The position numbers and the translations under genes were made by a program. Shown here one piece after another: positions 10,799 through 21,315 of a stretch of 64,000 nt of DNA (the first letter of the stretch is position 1; the number at the start of each line of letters is the position of its first letter). Source of the stretch: Methanotrichaceae archaeon (GTDB lineage: Archaea > Halobacteriota > Methanosarcinia > Methanotrichales > Methanotrichaceae); contig CAWDLW010000017.1 of the NCBI GenBank assembly GCA_963803145.1, positions 32,001 to 96,000 on the forward strand, read 5' to 3'. A model generated the notes under the pieces. The model ran no database searches. It saw only the letters and a program-made list of their open reading frames with translations, and was not told where the DNA came from.

Positions 10799-11128
10799 CG
10801 TATCACCACAAATATATTAGGTATCAACGTATTTAAAATTATTATAAATATGGCAGCTATAAATCAGCTAGCTTTTATCCGCTTAGCATTAAAATAAGAA
10901 CTGCATACCGGCTTCTACACATCTTTCAGATCTACATTCCCTATTTCATTATAATATGCTCAAACCTAAAACTGCGGAAACATTAATACCACAGAAGCAT
11001 TATTTCCTGGGTATTAGATAGTGATGTAGAGGCAGATAAAGGCGAAGCCTGCTTCATAAATCCTAAAGCCATTGAGGCGGGCAATATCCAAATAAATTAT
11101 ACAACAATATTTAAGCGGTGGGAGATAA

Positions 11129-12691
11129 ACGAGGTCAAGTTACAGCATAGGTGGGGTTTTATTAGTATTTCTCTCAGCAATTGCTGCAGCCGAGAGTTTG
11201 CCCGCATCCCATGCACTTCAAGAGGTTCGAGCTGGCGATATACTTAGCCAAATTAGGGATGGAACACCTGTATACTACGATGGGATTAACATCTCCGGCA
11301 ATCTGGATCTGAGTGGCCTCGGCAGTGTGAATAGTTCATTGACGATCATAAACTCCAGTATACCTAATAGCAACTTCGCAGGGGTAACCTTTGATAAGGA
11401 AGCGATCTTTTGGGGTACTGCATTCGGTAATACCAGTTTCGATAAAGCTATATTCATCGGTTTAACATATTTCGATAATACATCTTGGAGACATACCAGC
11501 TTCTCGGAAGCGGTCTTTAATCAGCAGGCATTCTTCGGTGGCACTGAGTTCCTCAACGATGTGAGTTTTGAGGATGCCCAATTCAAGGAGGATGCGGACT
11601 TTAAACAGGCGCATTTCCTTGGAAATGCTTACTTCAACTATACTCACTTTAACTCTTATTCCTACTTTTCAGACGACAGGTTTTTTGGAGACGCCTCTTT
11701 TTCGGATATCAAGTTTGATGGTTCGTCAGATTTTACTGGTGCCAACTTTACCCATGGTGCCAGATTCATTCGATCTGAGTTTGATTCGCCAATCTTTAGC
11801 AATGCTTTCTTTGGAGGCTTGGCGCAGTTTGGCTTAACTAGATTCCATCGCCTTGCTGGTTTTGATTCTTCCATCTTTGCTGGGGAGGCCGACTTTGCTC
11901 TTGCTCGCTTCGAAGATGCTGTTTCATTCAGCGATGCCAGCTTTAGGGATGACGCTATCTTCGGAGGTATAAAATTCGAGCGCCTTCTCAACTTCAGGGG
12001 CGCCAGGTTCGAGAAGAAGTTGAACCTAAAAGCATCTCAGATTTACGATGTTCTGCTTGAGAATGCAACCTTTGGCATTGCATCGAAGATAATCCTTGAG
12101 GACACAGATTTCTCAATATTTAGGGCCCCGTGGAGAACTATTGGCGATCATGTTCAGTACAATGGCGGGGCCTATCTTTCCTTAGTCAAAAACTATAAGG
12201 ATCTAAATTGGTTCAGCGATTCTAATGACTGTTATTATTTATATAGAAAACTTAGCTTAGATTATGAGACATTAAGCCCTATGAAGTTCATAGATTACCT
12301 CGCCTGGATCTTCTATGGTTTCGGCGTGAAGCCTGAGATTCCACTTGGTTGGTCGGTTCTTATCATATTGGCCTTAGGGCTCGTGTTCAAGTTCGTCAAA
12401 AGCTTAAGGAAATTCATTCGAAAGGAAACTATAAACATGATACCATCAAAGGATGGATACCTAGAGGCTCAAATCGAGACCTCCCTTATAGAGGTGCCTA
12501 TCTCTTTTATCGATCCTTTCCTATTCAGCCTGTCAAACTTCACATCTGGCTGGACAACTTTTCTCTATCCATTTACAGATTTTAAGGCGACGGGGGGACA
12601 TTCGCATCTGGCAATAATGGAAAGAATACTAGGCTCGGTGTTTATTTCTCTCATCCTGGCGGCAATCGTCAAGACATACTTGATAAGATGA
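11129..12691 (+). CDS. Pentapeptide-repeat membrane protein; possible ACG start at 11129 (track TTG at 11198)
   Basis: Many A.F..A.F repeats; C-terminal TM region with GFGVKP and FSLSNFT. The in-frame upstream extension forms a signal peptide. Confidence 0.8.
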   Translation, partial: TRSSYSIGGVLLVFLSAIAAAESLPASHALQEVRAGDILSQIRDGTPVYYDGINISGNLDLSGLGSVNSSLTIINSSIPNSNFAGVTFDKEAIFWGTAFGNTSFDKAIFIGLTYFDNTSWRHTSFSEAVFNQQAFFGGTEFLNDVSFEDAQFKEDADFKQAHFLGNAYFNYTHFNSYSYFSDDRFFGDASFSDIKFDGSSDFTGANFTHGARFIRSEFDSPIFSNAFFGGLAQFGLTRFHRLAGFDSSIFAGEADFALARFEDAVSFSDASFRDDAIFGGIKFERLLNFRGARFEKKLNLKASQIYDVLLENATFGIASKIILEDTDFSIFRAPWRTIGDHVQYNGGAYLSLVKNYKDLNWFSDSNDCYYLYRKLSLDYETLSPMKFIDYLAWIFYGFGVKPEIPLGWSVLIILALGLVFKFVKSLRKFIRKETINMIPSKDGYLEAQIETSLIEVPISFIDPFLFSLSNFTSGWTTFLYPFTDFKATGGHSHLAIMERILGSVFISLILAAIVKTYLIR

Positions 12692-12906
12692 CTCCAATGA
12701 GATCACTCACTATCTAAAGAACGGGCTGATAAAGTCAGACAGGGATTTCACGAACCGATTACAACCCCCGCTAACGCCAATTCCGATAGGAAAGCCGATA
12801 AAAAACAGGGAGGCATGGAATATGCCCTCTCAGATTTGTTTGCCTCATCAGTTCTTGCTTAAAGATTTACATAGACTGGGATTTGGAATGGTCTGATACA
12901 GATCGC

Positions 12907-14436
12907 CTACATCGTGGCATTTGCTGGAGCTATCTTGTATACTTTGCCTGTATTTCCCGAGGGTCCGCCCATCTGGCTGGTCATGATGTAAACCTCGTGA
13001 TCAGAGTCCTCTCCGAAGCCACGCACATATGCATCTATTCGACCGCTTGAACTGCTGGCTACTTTGATCTCCTCAGTCGGCCACATTTGCACATCTGCTG
13101 CGGTCAGGCTGTCGGCGGTTGCTGGCATGCTCCACTTCCATCCCGATGGCGGGGTAGCAACAAGCAGCGTGCCGTTGTCAAGTGGAGTGTAGGAGCTCCA
13201 GTCCCCGAAGATATATCGCCCCTGGAAATCGGGCAATGCCTTGCCTCTGTAGACATATCCTCCAACGACCGTCTGTCCGATATCGTGCCCAAGCTCGACT
13301 ATTGGACCAATCAGTGGTTCGCCACTGTAGCCTCTTGTCCTGCAGCTCGCTGGCGGTTGCTTTGAATGGTTTGGATCGAAGCAGTGGGTTCCCTCTCTGA
13401 TGTTCCAGCCATAGTCGCATCCTTTGACGATTATGTATACGCTCTCAAACAGGTCCTGTCCTGCGTTCCCCACGAACATAAGGCCGCTCTGAGGGTCGAA
13501 TGATGCATACGCAGGATTTCTCAGGCCATAGGCATATATCTCAGGCTGTGCAGATTTATTGTCGAGGAATGGATTATCGGAGGGTATGCTGTAGGGCTTT
13601 CCGCCGCCTGCATTATTCACATCAATCCTGAGGATCTTGCCTAAGGGTTTTGTCAGGTCCTGGGCGTTTCCTATCCCGGGTGTGTGGCCGGTTCCTGTAT
13701 CATCGGCCCTCCCGCCATCGCCGGTTGGTATATACAGGTAGCCATCAGGGCCGAAGCGGATCTGGCCGCCGTTATGGTTAAGGTAAGGCAGGTCTACCTG
13801 CATGATCATCTTCTCAGAGCTCATGTCTACCTTGTTCGGATCACTCTTGGACACGGTGAACTCTGATAGTTGGTTCGTATGATCCCAACCCTTTGGTGCG
13901 TTCGATCTAAGAGGTATGCTGTAGTAAATGAATACTCTGCCGTTATTCTTGAAGTCGGGATGAAACGCAAGACCGAGCAGGCCGCGCTCATCATAGGATG
14001 GGCTCAAATCGATCATCTTGCTGCTGACATCCAGGAAGGGCTCTTTTAGGAGAGTGCCATTGGCATACAGTATTCTGATAGTCCCAACTTGATCCACTAT
14101 GAAGAGCCTGCCTGTTCCATCGTTGGGTGAGACAGCAGTCATTGGCGCTGTCAGGCCATCGGCAACTACTTTCACTCCAATGACTGGCTTAAATGTGCCC
14201 GATGGCTGGGTCAGCTTGGTGATCGATTGAGTTCCATCGAACCCAGCAGCCAGAGGAGAGTTTTCATTTGTCAGATCTGCTTGGGATGCATTGGATCCTT
14301 GTGTTTGGCCGATCATCTGTGGATTATTCGTGTTATTCATTCCTGTTTGAGCAGCAGAAAATGGTTGTACACTTAATAATATCAACAGTGTCATTGATAC
14401 TGGAAAAATATATTTTAACATATTGGATATCTCCAC
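12907..14436 (-). CDS. Secreted PQQ-dependent glucose/sorbosone dehydrogenase (GSDH) family protein 1
   Basis: Signal peptide; ERGLLGLAFHPDF, NHNGG, FGPDGYLY..GDGG, GKILRID, YAYGLRNP, YGW..REG. Confidence 0.88.
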   Translation of the reverse strand: MEISNMLKYIFPVSMTLLILLSVQPFSAAQTGMNNTNNPQMIGQTQGSNASQADLTNENSPLAAGFDGTQSITKLTQPSGTFKPVIGVKVVADGLTAPMTAVSPNDGTGRLFIVDQVGTIRILYANGTLLKEPFLDVSSKMIDLSPSYDERGLLGLAFHPDFKNNGRVFIYYSIPLRSNAPKGWDHTNQLSEFTVSKSDPNKVDMSSEKMIMQVDLPYLNHNGGQIRFGPDGYLYIPTGDGGRADDTGTGHTPGIGNAQDLTKPLGKILRIDVNNAGGGKPYSIPSDNPFLDNKSAQPEIYAYGLRNPAYASFDPQSGLMFVGNAGQDLFESVYIIVKGCDYGWNIREGTHCFDPNHSKQPPASCRTRGYSGEPLIGPIVELGHDIGQTVVGGYVYRGKALPDFQGRYIFGDWSSYTPLDNGTLLVATPPSGWKWSMPATADSLTAADVQMWPTEEIKVASSSSGRIDAYVRGFGEDSDHEVYIMTSQMGGPSGNTGKVYKIAPANATM

Positions 14437-14535
14437 TCATCTGTTCATATTTGGGATCAAAATTTCTTTTTAATTTATCCGGTTGCAGGGAATAAATAAG
14501 TTTTGTATAAGAATAGCGTTAATGCAACGGTAAGT

Positions 14536-15858
14536 TCATGCGTAGGAGTTGCCGGGGACAATTCTGTATATTCTGCCTGTATTCCCGGACGGTCCCTGCA
14601 TTTGAGATGTCAGCAAATATAGCTCTTGATTGGGCCCCTTTTCGATGGAAAGCACATAAGCGCTTACATTGATCTTGAGATCTTCGGCATTCCATTCTTT
14701 GCCTGATGGTTGTGGAGCTGTAGCCATCAACCCACCAACGGGCGTGTTATAGCTTTTACTTCTATATCCAAAGATATAATGCCCATAAAGGGTAGGGAAC
14801 GCTGTGCCTCTGTAAATAAATCCATTAACTATCGGTTGGCCGAGATCATAGCTATATTCAATAAAGGGATCTATTAAGGGCTCTCCTAGATATCCCAGGC
14901 TCCTACAGCTGGTGATCGGTATAGATCTGTCTTGAATGTTGAAGCAATAGGATCCTTCTTTGATGTTCCAGCCATAGTTACCTCCTTTGGCAACCCTATT
15001 TACCTCCTCCCATCTCATTTGTCCAGGATCATCTGCGAAGAGGCTTCTATTGCCCTTAGCATCAAAAGAGATGATGGGATTCCTGAAGCCATAGGAAAAT
15101 ATTTCAGGCAGTGCATTTCTCACGCCTATAAAGGGGTTATCAGAAGGTATACTATATTGCCCGTTGATGCTTGTATTGTCTATGTCTATTCTCAGTATCT
15201 TGCCGAGCAGAGTAGAGCGGTTCTGGGCATTGCCTTCTGGTGCATGGCCTATGCCTACATCATCCGATCCGCCTCCATCGCCTGTCGGGATATACAGATA
15301 TCCATCAGGGCCAAAGATGATGCCGCCTCCATTATTATTAGGCTCGGGATGATCTATCTCCAGGATAATGCGCTCTGAATTAGGATCTGCTCTGTTAGGG
15401 TTATCATTTGAAACATTGAACTCAGATAGACGATCGATATGATCCCAGCCTTTAGGCGCATCCGGTTTAAGTGGGGCGCTATAGAATACGAAGACTCTGC
15501 TGCTGTTCTTAAAATCAGGATGAAGCGCTATGCCTAGAAGGCCGCGCTCATCATAGCTCGGATTCAGCTTCACAATCCGCTCACGTAAATCTAGCAAGGT
15601 GTCATTAAGAAGAGTGCCATTCTCTGTTACAACCTTGATCAATCCTGTCTGATCTGCGACGAATGTTCTACCAGTGCCATCATCAGGGCCGACGATCTGA
15701 ACTGGAGCGGTGAAACCATCTGCCAATAGCTTCAGCGTAAGATTTGGCAGTGAGGTAGCATTAGGCTGCATTATATCTGGATACATCTGGCCCGAGCACG
15801 ACAGCGTGATAATGTATGCCGATAGGACGATGATGCATAGTGAAGCAGATCTTTCCAT
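14536..15858 (-). CDS. Secreted GSDH family protein 2 (HNGG His replaced by Asn)
   Basis: Same motifs as its paralogues but NNNGG; signal peptide with Cys. Confidence 0.85.
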   Translation of the reverse strand: MERSASLCIIVLSAYIITLSCSGQMYPDIMQPNATSLPNLTLKLLADGFTAPVQIVGPDDGTGRTFVADQTGLIKVVTENGTLLNDTLLDLRERIVKLNPSYDERGLLGIALHPDFKNSSRVFVFYSAPLKPDAPKGWDHIDRLSEFNVSNDNPNRADPNSERIILEIDHPEPNNNGGGIIFGPDGYLYIPTGDGGGSDDVGIGHAPEGNAQNRSTLLGKILRIDIDNTSINGQYSIPSDNPFIGVRNALPEIFSYGFRNPIISFDAKGNRSLFADDPGQMRWEEVNRVAKGGNYGWNIKEGSYCFNIQDRSIPITSCRSLGYLGEPLIDPFIEYSYDLGQPIVNGFIYRGTAFPTLYGHYIFGYRSKSYNTPVGGLMATAPQPSGKEWNAEDLKINVSAYVLSIEKGPNQELYLLTSQMQGPSGNTGRIYRIVPGNSYA

Positions 15859-15874
15859 AGTATCCTCTTGGTTG

Positions 15875-17368
15875 TTATGTCTGTCCAGTCATATTTCCTG
15901 CAGGAATAATCTTGAAAACCTTGCCGGTCGTTCCAGTCAGCTCTCCTATATCCGATGTCACCACATATAGCTCATGGCTTGCATCTTCTCCAAATCCTCT
16001 CACATACGCGTTAATTCGTCCGTTCGGATTGGTCGTAACCCTGATCACTTCTGTTGTCCACATCTCCATATCAGAAGGAGTAATGTTCTCTGCAGATATG
16101 TCGGAAGTTAGATTTCCGTTCTGGCCAGCAGGCGGCGTAGCTACCAGCAGTGTGCCATTATCGAGTGGACTATAAGAGCTCCAATCCCCGAAGATATAGC
16201 GCCCCTGAAAATCGGGCATTGCCTTGCCTCTATATACAAGTCCGCCAACTACCACCTGACCTATATCATGGCCGAGCTCTACTATGGGACCTATTAGAGA
16301 CTCATTCCTGTAGCCGGAAGTTCTACATTCGAGCGATGGTTGTTTTGGATGGTCTGGACTGAAGCAATGTGTGCCCTCCCTTATATTCCATCCATAGTTG
16401 CCTCCTTTCAGAACCATATCCACCTCTTCAAACAGCTCCTGTCCGCCATCTCCAACAAAAAGCCTGCCGCTTTGAGGGTCAATCGACGCTGTAGCAGGAT
16501 TTCTGAAGCCATATGCATATATCTCAGGCATAGCTGTCTTATTGCCCAAAAATGGATTATCCGGAGGTATGCCGTAATGCTTTCCGCCGCTGGCATTGTT
16601 TACATCGATTCTGAGGATCTTGCCCAGAGGATTCGTCAGATCCTGGGCGTTTCCTATCCCGGGTGTATGGCCAATCCCGGTATCATCTGCTCTTCCACCG
16701 TCACCTGTGGGCACATAGAGATATCCGTCATTGCCGAAGTAAATTTGGCCTCCATTATGGTTCAGATAGGGCATGTCGATATCCATGATGATCTTCTCTG
16801 AGCTTGCATCTGCCCTGTTTGGATCATCCCTTGAGACGTTGAACTCGGATAAACGGTTTGTATGGTTCCAGCCAACTGGTGCACCCGGCCTCAAGGGCAC
16901 GCTGTAGTATATGAATACCCTGCTATTGTTCTTGAAGTCCGGATGGAATGCCAGACCAAGCAGCCCGCGTTCATCATAAGAGGTTATAATCTTCACAGTC
17001 TTGTTGCTCACATCCAGAAAAGGCTTCTTCTGCAAGGTTCCATTAGAATCCAGAATGCTGATAGTGCCAGGCATATCGACTATGAACAATCTTCCTGTTC
17101 CATCATCAGGAGCGGCGACAGTCATGGGTGCAGTAAACCCTTCTGCCACAAGCTTGAGACCAATATCCGACCTAAATGCGCCCATAGGATGGGCCAGTAC
17201 AGTATGTGATTGGTTGCCTATGAGAACAGCGGCATATGATGAATTTGCATTGGTCAGATCGTATTTGGAAATGCCGGGTTGATCGCCTGTTACAGTTTGG
17301 CTTGCACATAACGAGAGCCCTATTGATGCTGATAAGATCGCTATAATAAGAACCGAGAGATTCTTCAT
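15875..17368 (-). CDS. Secreted GSDH family protein 3
   Basis: Signal peptide; ERGLLGLAFHPDF, NHNGG, YAYGFRNP; closely similar to protein 1. Confidence 0.88.
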   Translation of the reverse strand: MKNLSVLIIAILSASIGLSLCASQTVTGDQPGISKYDLTNANSSYAAVLIGNQSHTVLAHPMGAFRSDIGLKLVAEGFTAPMTVAAPDDGTGRLFIVDMPGTISILDSNGTLQKKPFLDVSNKTVKIITSYDERGLLGLAFHPDFKNNSRVFIYYSVPLRPGAPVGWNHTNRLSEFNVSRDDPNRADASSEKIIMDIDMPYLNHNGGQIYFGNDGYLYVPTGDGGRADDTGIGHTPGIGNAQDLTNPLGKILRIDVNNASGGKHYGIPPDNPFLGNKTAMPEIYAYGFRNPATASIDPQSGRLFVGDGGQELFEEVDMVLKGGNYGWNIREGTHCFSPDHPKQPSLECRTSGYRNESLIGPIVELGHDIGQVVVGGLVYRGKAMPDFQGRYIFGDWSSYSPLDNGTLLVATPPAGQNGNLTSDISAENITPSDMEMWTTEVIRVTTNPNGRINAYVRGFGEDASHELYVVTSDIGELTGTTGKVFKIIPAGNMTGQT

Positions 17369-17557
17369 TACAATACTTCCCTACGATATCTGGATAAGAA
17401 CATTCAACTATATCTATTATTTATTAGACTCTTTTGTGTTAAATAAGTTTTGAATCTAAATGATATAGGCTTCAAACCAAGATTTCCGACTAATAGTAGT
17501 AAAAGAATTAAACCAGTGAGAGATATATATTTGTAACCTCTTTGAAGAGTTGGTAAA

Positions 17558-19768
17558 ATGAAAGCAGAATATATTATCCATCGATGGGATAGGCTGCTGC
17601 TGATAATGTTGATTCTAGCAGCATTAGCGATACCGATATTGGCAGAGAGCAACATCACGGCGGCAGGCGTTCCTCCGGAAATAACACAGTCTTCCAAAGA
17701 CTGGCCACTGGCGAACAAAGATTACGGTAATACCAGGGCTACAATTGACTCTACTATAAATTCAGGAAATATAAACAATCTTGGAGTAGCCTGGGCCTTC
17801 AAGATACCCGGCATAGGCATATACGGCGGTGGCACGAGCAATCCGATAATCCTCGGAAACACCGTCTACTTCCAGGATCTGAAGGGCAATGTCTTCGCGC
17901 TGGACCTTCAGACAGGAAAAACTAAGTGGGCAAACATGTTCAACTCCTCAGCTGTTGAAGGGCCAAATGGGCCTGTTGTAGGCTGGGGCAAGGTCTTCAT
18001 AGCCAAGGACATCGAGAATATGACCGCCCTCAATGCGAGCAACGGCAAGGAGCTGTGGTCCACAAGGCTATCCAATGTATTCACAACAGGCATAGATATC
18101 CAGCCAACGATCTATGATGGGATTGTATATATATCGACAGTTCCTGGGACTGGCGATGTATTCTACGCGCCTGGTGGTATAGGCGTTCTTTATGCCCTTG
18201 ATCAAAATACTGGAAAGATACTTTGGAACTTCAGCACAGTTTACCCAAACAATTTATGGGGTCATCCTGAGGTCAACAGCGGCGGAGGCGCATGGTATAA
18301 TCCAGCAATTGATCTCAAGACAGGAATAACCTTCTGGGGTATAGGCAACCCGGCACCATGGCCTGGCACACTTGAGTGGCCGGATGCAACGAGTCGGCCT
18401 GGACCGAACCTATACACAAACAGCATGCTCGCAATCAATCATCGTAACGGCAGCCTGGTGTGGTATAATCAGGTATATCCGCATGATCTCTATGATCTTG
18501 ACTTCCAGATATCGCCCATACTTGCAAGCGCCAACATAAGTGGAAAGCAGCAGGATATAGTCATGGGCTCAGGCAAGATGGGACGCGTTTATGCCTTCAA
18601 CAGAAGCACTGGATCGATACTACGGGTGACGGTTGTGGGCAAACATGAGAACGATCAGCTGGAAGTTCTGCCCAATGGTACTATGACAGAGGTCTATCCG
18701 AGCTCCCTTGGTGGAGTAGAGACTCCGATGGCATATTCTGATGGAGTTGTTTATGTTGTTAATAACGATCTTGCATCATATTATTCCCCGACAAGCAGAG
18801 CAGGGTCGAATTTGAGCACAGGCAAAGGCGGTCTGACCGCGATCGATGTTAAGACAGGACAGATACTCTGGCTAAAGAAGTTCAATTCATTGAATGTAGG
18901 CGCTGCAACTGTTATCAACGACCTGGTCTTCACTGCGACATATGATGGGGACATCTATGCTTTCAATAAGAATACCGGCGATAGGGTTTGGAAATACACA
19001 GCTCCTGCTGGAATCAATGGCTGGCCGGCTGTAACAGGCGACACCATTGTCTGGCCTGCAGGGTTCGGCAATGCCACATTGATCGCCTTTAAGCTAGGAT
19101 CGAGTATAACCACTCCACAGGCGATGATCATCCAGCCCAAAGAAGGAGCTGTCCTGACCACAAATAATGTCAACGTCTCTGCGAAGATCCAGAACTTCAA
19201 CCTGAATAAAGTCTCAGGCGGACAGAGCACAACTGTTCAAGGCTACATCAACTACTTCATGGATGTCCCAGTTCCGACAGCTGCAGGAAAGCCTACTTTT
19301 ACCGCTTCCGGAACATACGTACAATCCGGAAATACATCGTATACCTGGAAGAACGTGAGCGCAGGGATGCATAACTTCTCTATTGAGCTTGTTAACGGCA
19401 ACAATACCCCGTTGAATCCTCCAGTAGCAGATACTGTCACAGTGAACGTACCGAACCTGATGGTCCAGAAAGGACCCAGTGCCAACATTACACTGATTGC
19501 AAAGAACCTGGCGTTCAATACCAGTACAATCACAGTTCCAGCAGGAGCACATGTAACAGTCCACTTCAGTAACGAGGACCAGGGCATATCACATAACTTC
19601 GCTGTATACACTAACCCATCTGCTCTGACAAGGATCTTCGGCGGAGAGGTTATAATAGGGGTATCATCTACAACCTATACATTCACAGCTCCATCAACGC
19701 CTGGAACATACTTCTTCAGGTGCGATGTACATCCGAATACAATGACAGGCCAGTTTATTGTAAAATAG
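17558..19768 (+). CDS. Secreted PQQ beta-propeller dehydrogenase fused to a C-terminal cupredoxin
   Basis: Signal peptide; DWPLANKDYGNTR, repeated ALD..TG...W blades, GGGAW, GNPAPW, NLYTNS, WYNQVYPHDLYDLD; C-terminal HNF...YFFRCDVHPNTM type-1 Cu ligands. Confidence 0.85.
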   Translation: MKAEYIIHRWDRLLLIMLILAALAIPILAESNITAAGVPPEITQSSKDWPLANKDYGNTRATIDSTINSGNINNLGVAWAFKIPGIGIYGGGTSNPIILGNTVYFQDLKGNVFALDLQTGKTKWANMFNSSAVEGPNGPVVGWGKVFIAKDIENMTALNASNGKELWSTRLSNVFTTGIDIQPTIYDGIVYISTVPGTGDVFYAPGGIGVLYALDQNTGKILWNFSTVYPNNLWGHPEVNSGGGAWYNPAIDLKTGITFWGIGNPAPWPGTLEWPDATSRPGPNLYTNSMLAINHRNGSLVWYNQVYPHDLYDLDFQISPILASANISGKQQDIVMGSGKMGRVYAFNRSTGSILRVTVVGKHENDQLEVLPNGTMTEVYPSSLGGVETPMAYSDGVVYVVNNDLASYYSPTSRAGSNLSTGKGGLTAIDVKTGQILWLKKFNSLNVGAATVINDLVFTATYDGDIYAFNKNTGDRVWKYTAPAGINGWPAVTGDTIVWPAGFGNATLIAFKLGSSITTPQAMIIQPKEGAVLTTNNVNVSAKIQNFNLNKVSGGQSTTVQGYINYFMDVPVPTAAGKPTFTASGTYVQSGNTSYTWKNVSAGMHNFSIELVNGNNTPLNPPVADTVTVNVPNLMVQKGPSANITLIAKNLAFNTSTITVPAGAHVTVHFSNEDQGISHNFAVYTNPSALTRIFGGEVIIGVSSTTYTFTAPSTPGTYFFRCDVHPNTMTGQFIVK

Positions 19769-19861
19769 ATATTTTGAGGAGAACTGCATCTCCTCACCCC
19801 TTTTATTTGAGCAGTTTAGACACTATGAGCCAGGTACTTGTATTATACTGCGGAAATTATG

Positions 19862-20722
19862 TTATTTGCCTGAGAAGGGCACGTACTCGACTCCAGGCCT
19901 GCTCCTGCCTACTTCCATCCTATAGAGCTTCATCAGCTCATAGACTTCCTGGGGAACATCTGTGCTCACACAATCTCCCAAAAGCGCCTTGGCATCATCT
20001 GCCATGAAAGGATGATCATGAGTATATTTGCCCGATACAAACTCCTCTATTATTATCCCCATCCTATCCTCGCCGCATTTGCCCTCAAGTATCTTTCTCA
20101 GCAGCACATCAATTTGGGCGAGAGCCTTTGCAGCCTCCTCTGCGTAGATCAGGATTTTATCGGATACCCTGTCCTTATTCTTCTTCTCTACGGCCTTGAT
20201 AATGGACGTGGCAGGGTAAGCGCCCTGCTGGTCTCCAAGCTGAGGATCGACCGGCCCTAGGGCTGCATGTGTGTCCATGATAATCTGATCAGCTGCAAAT
20301 GCAATAAGAGTCCCGCCGCTCATGGCGTAATGAGGAACTAGGACAGTCTTCTTCGAGGGATGGGCCTTCAGCGCCATAGCGATCTGCGTGGCGGCGAGAG
20401 CCAACCCTCCGGGCGTATGCAGTATTAGGTCTATTGGAACATCCTTTCTGGCAGATCTAATGGCTCTCAGGACCTGCTCGCTATCATCAATATCGATATA
20501 TCTTGCCAGGGGTATTCCAAGGAAGCTTATTACCTCCTGGCGGTGGATCAGCGTTATGACCTGGGACCTTCTACTCTTGCTGAGCCTTGTGAGGATGCGC
20601 CTCCTCTCCATCTGCAGTAAGTTTCTCTGGATCATTGGAACAAGAAACAGCAATACGAATAGTAAAACCCATATATTGTTTATTATGGAATCGAAACCAA
20701 TCTGAGCTTGAAGGAGAGCCAT
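19862..20722 (-). CDS. SDH-family Clp-fold serine proteinase
   Basis: N-terminal TM, LIHRQE, LILHTPGG, PHYAMSGGTLIA, LGPVDPQ, YTHDHP. Confidence 0.88.
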   Translation of the reverse strand: MALLQAQIGFDSIINNIWVLLFVLLFLVPMIQRNLLQMERRRILTRLSKSRRSQVITLIHRQEVISFLGIPLARYIDIDDSEQVLRAIRSARKDVPIDLILHTPGGLALAATQIAMALKAHPSKKTVLVPHYAMSGGTLIAFAADQIIMDTHAALGPVDPQLGDQQGAYPATSIIKAVEKKNKDRVSDKILIYAEEAAKALAQIDVLLRKILEGKCGEDRMGIIIEEFVSGKYTHDHPFMADDAKALLGDCVSTDVPQEVYELMKLYRMEVGRSRPGVEYVPFSGK

Positions 20723-20994
20723 TATATTATACCTCGCTAGTTTGTATTAAAGATTTTTCGGTTGCAGCCCGACTTGCTGAGGATGGCATTCCAAACTCCC
20801 AGCACAAGATGGCTTATTGTTGCCGATCTCAGTACAAATGATTAATATCGCCAAGCAGATACAATATTTCCTGAGATAAGTTTCTGATTGCTGTCATACG
20901 AAAGTTTTTTTAAATATAGGGGAATTAGTATTTAGCAATATAACTCCTCCTCTGGAATTGGATGGATTTTTGAAAGGAAATTTGGTGATGTAGA

Positions 20995-21228
20995 ATGTTG
21001 TGCTACAATATAGCCAGGGACTTTCTCCAGGACAGAAAAGGAAAGACAATAAAGGTATTGGTGGAAGGCGGAGGCTTTAGGCCGATAACCGGCAAGCTTA
21101 TAGATTTCGATGATGCCGTCATGGTCCTGGAGACAGAGGGCGGGCTGCAATGGATGCTGGATATGGCCAATGTGACAAGCGTGGCGGATGAATCAGGGAG
21201 TGCTGCCGTTGTTGAGGGAACAGCCTAA
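20995..21228 (+). CDS. Small Sm/LSM-fold-like protein
   Basis: GKTIKVLV....ITGKLIDFDD.VMVLE resembles the Sm1 motif. Confidence 0.5.
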   Translation: MLCYNIARDFLQDRKGKTIKVLVEGGGFRPITGKLIDFDDAVMVLETEGGLQWMLDMANVTSVADESGSAAVVEGTA

Positions 21229-21315
21229 AACAAGAGATAGAAAATCCTTTTTTCTAAAGCAGAGTTTATATCACCCGAAAATTAAAAGGAAAGATTGGCA
21301 GATGCCAGACGTTGC

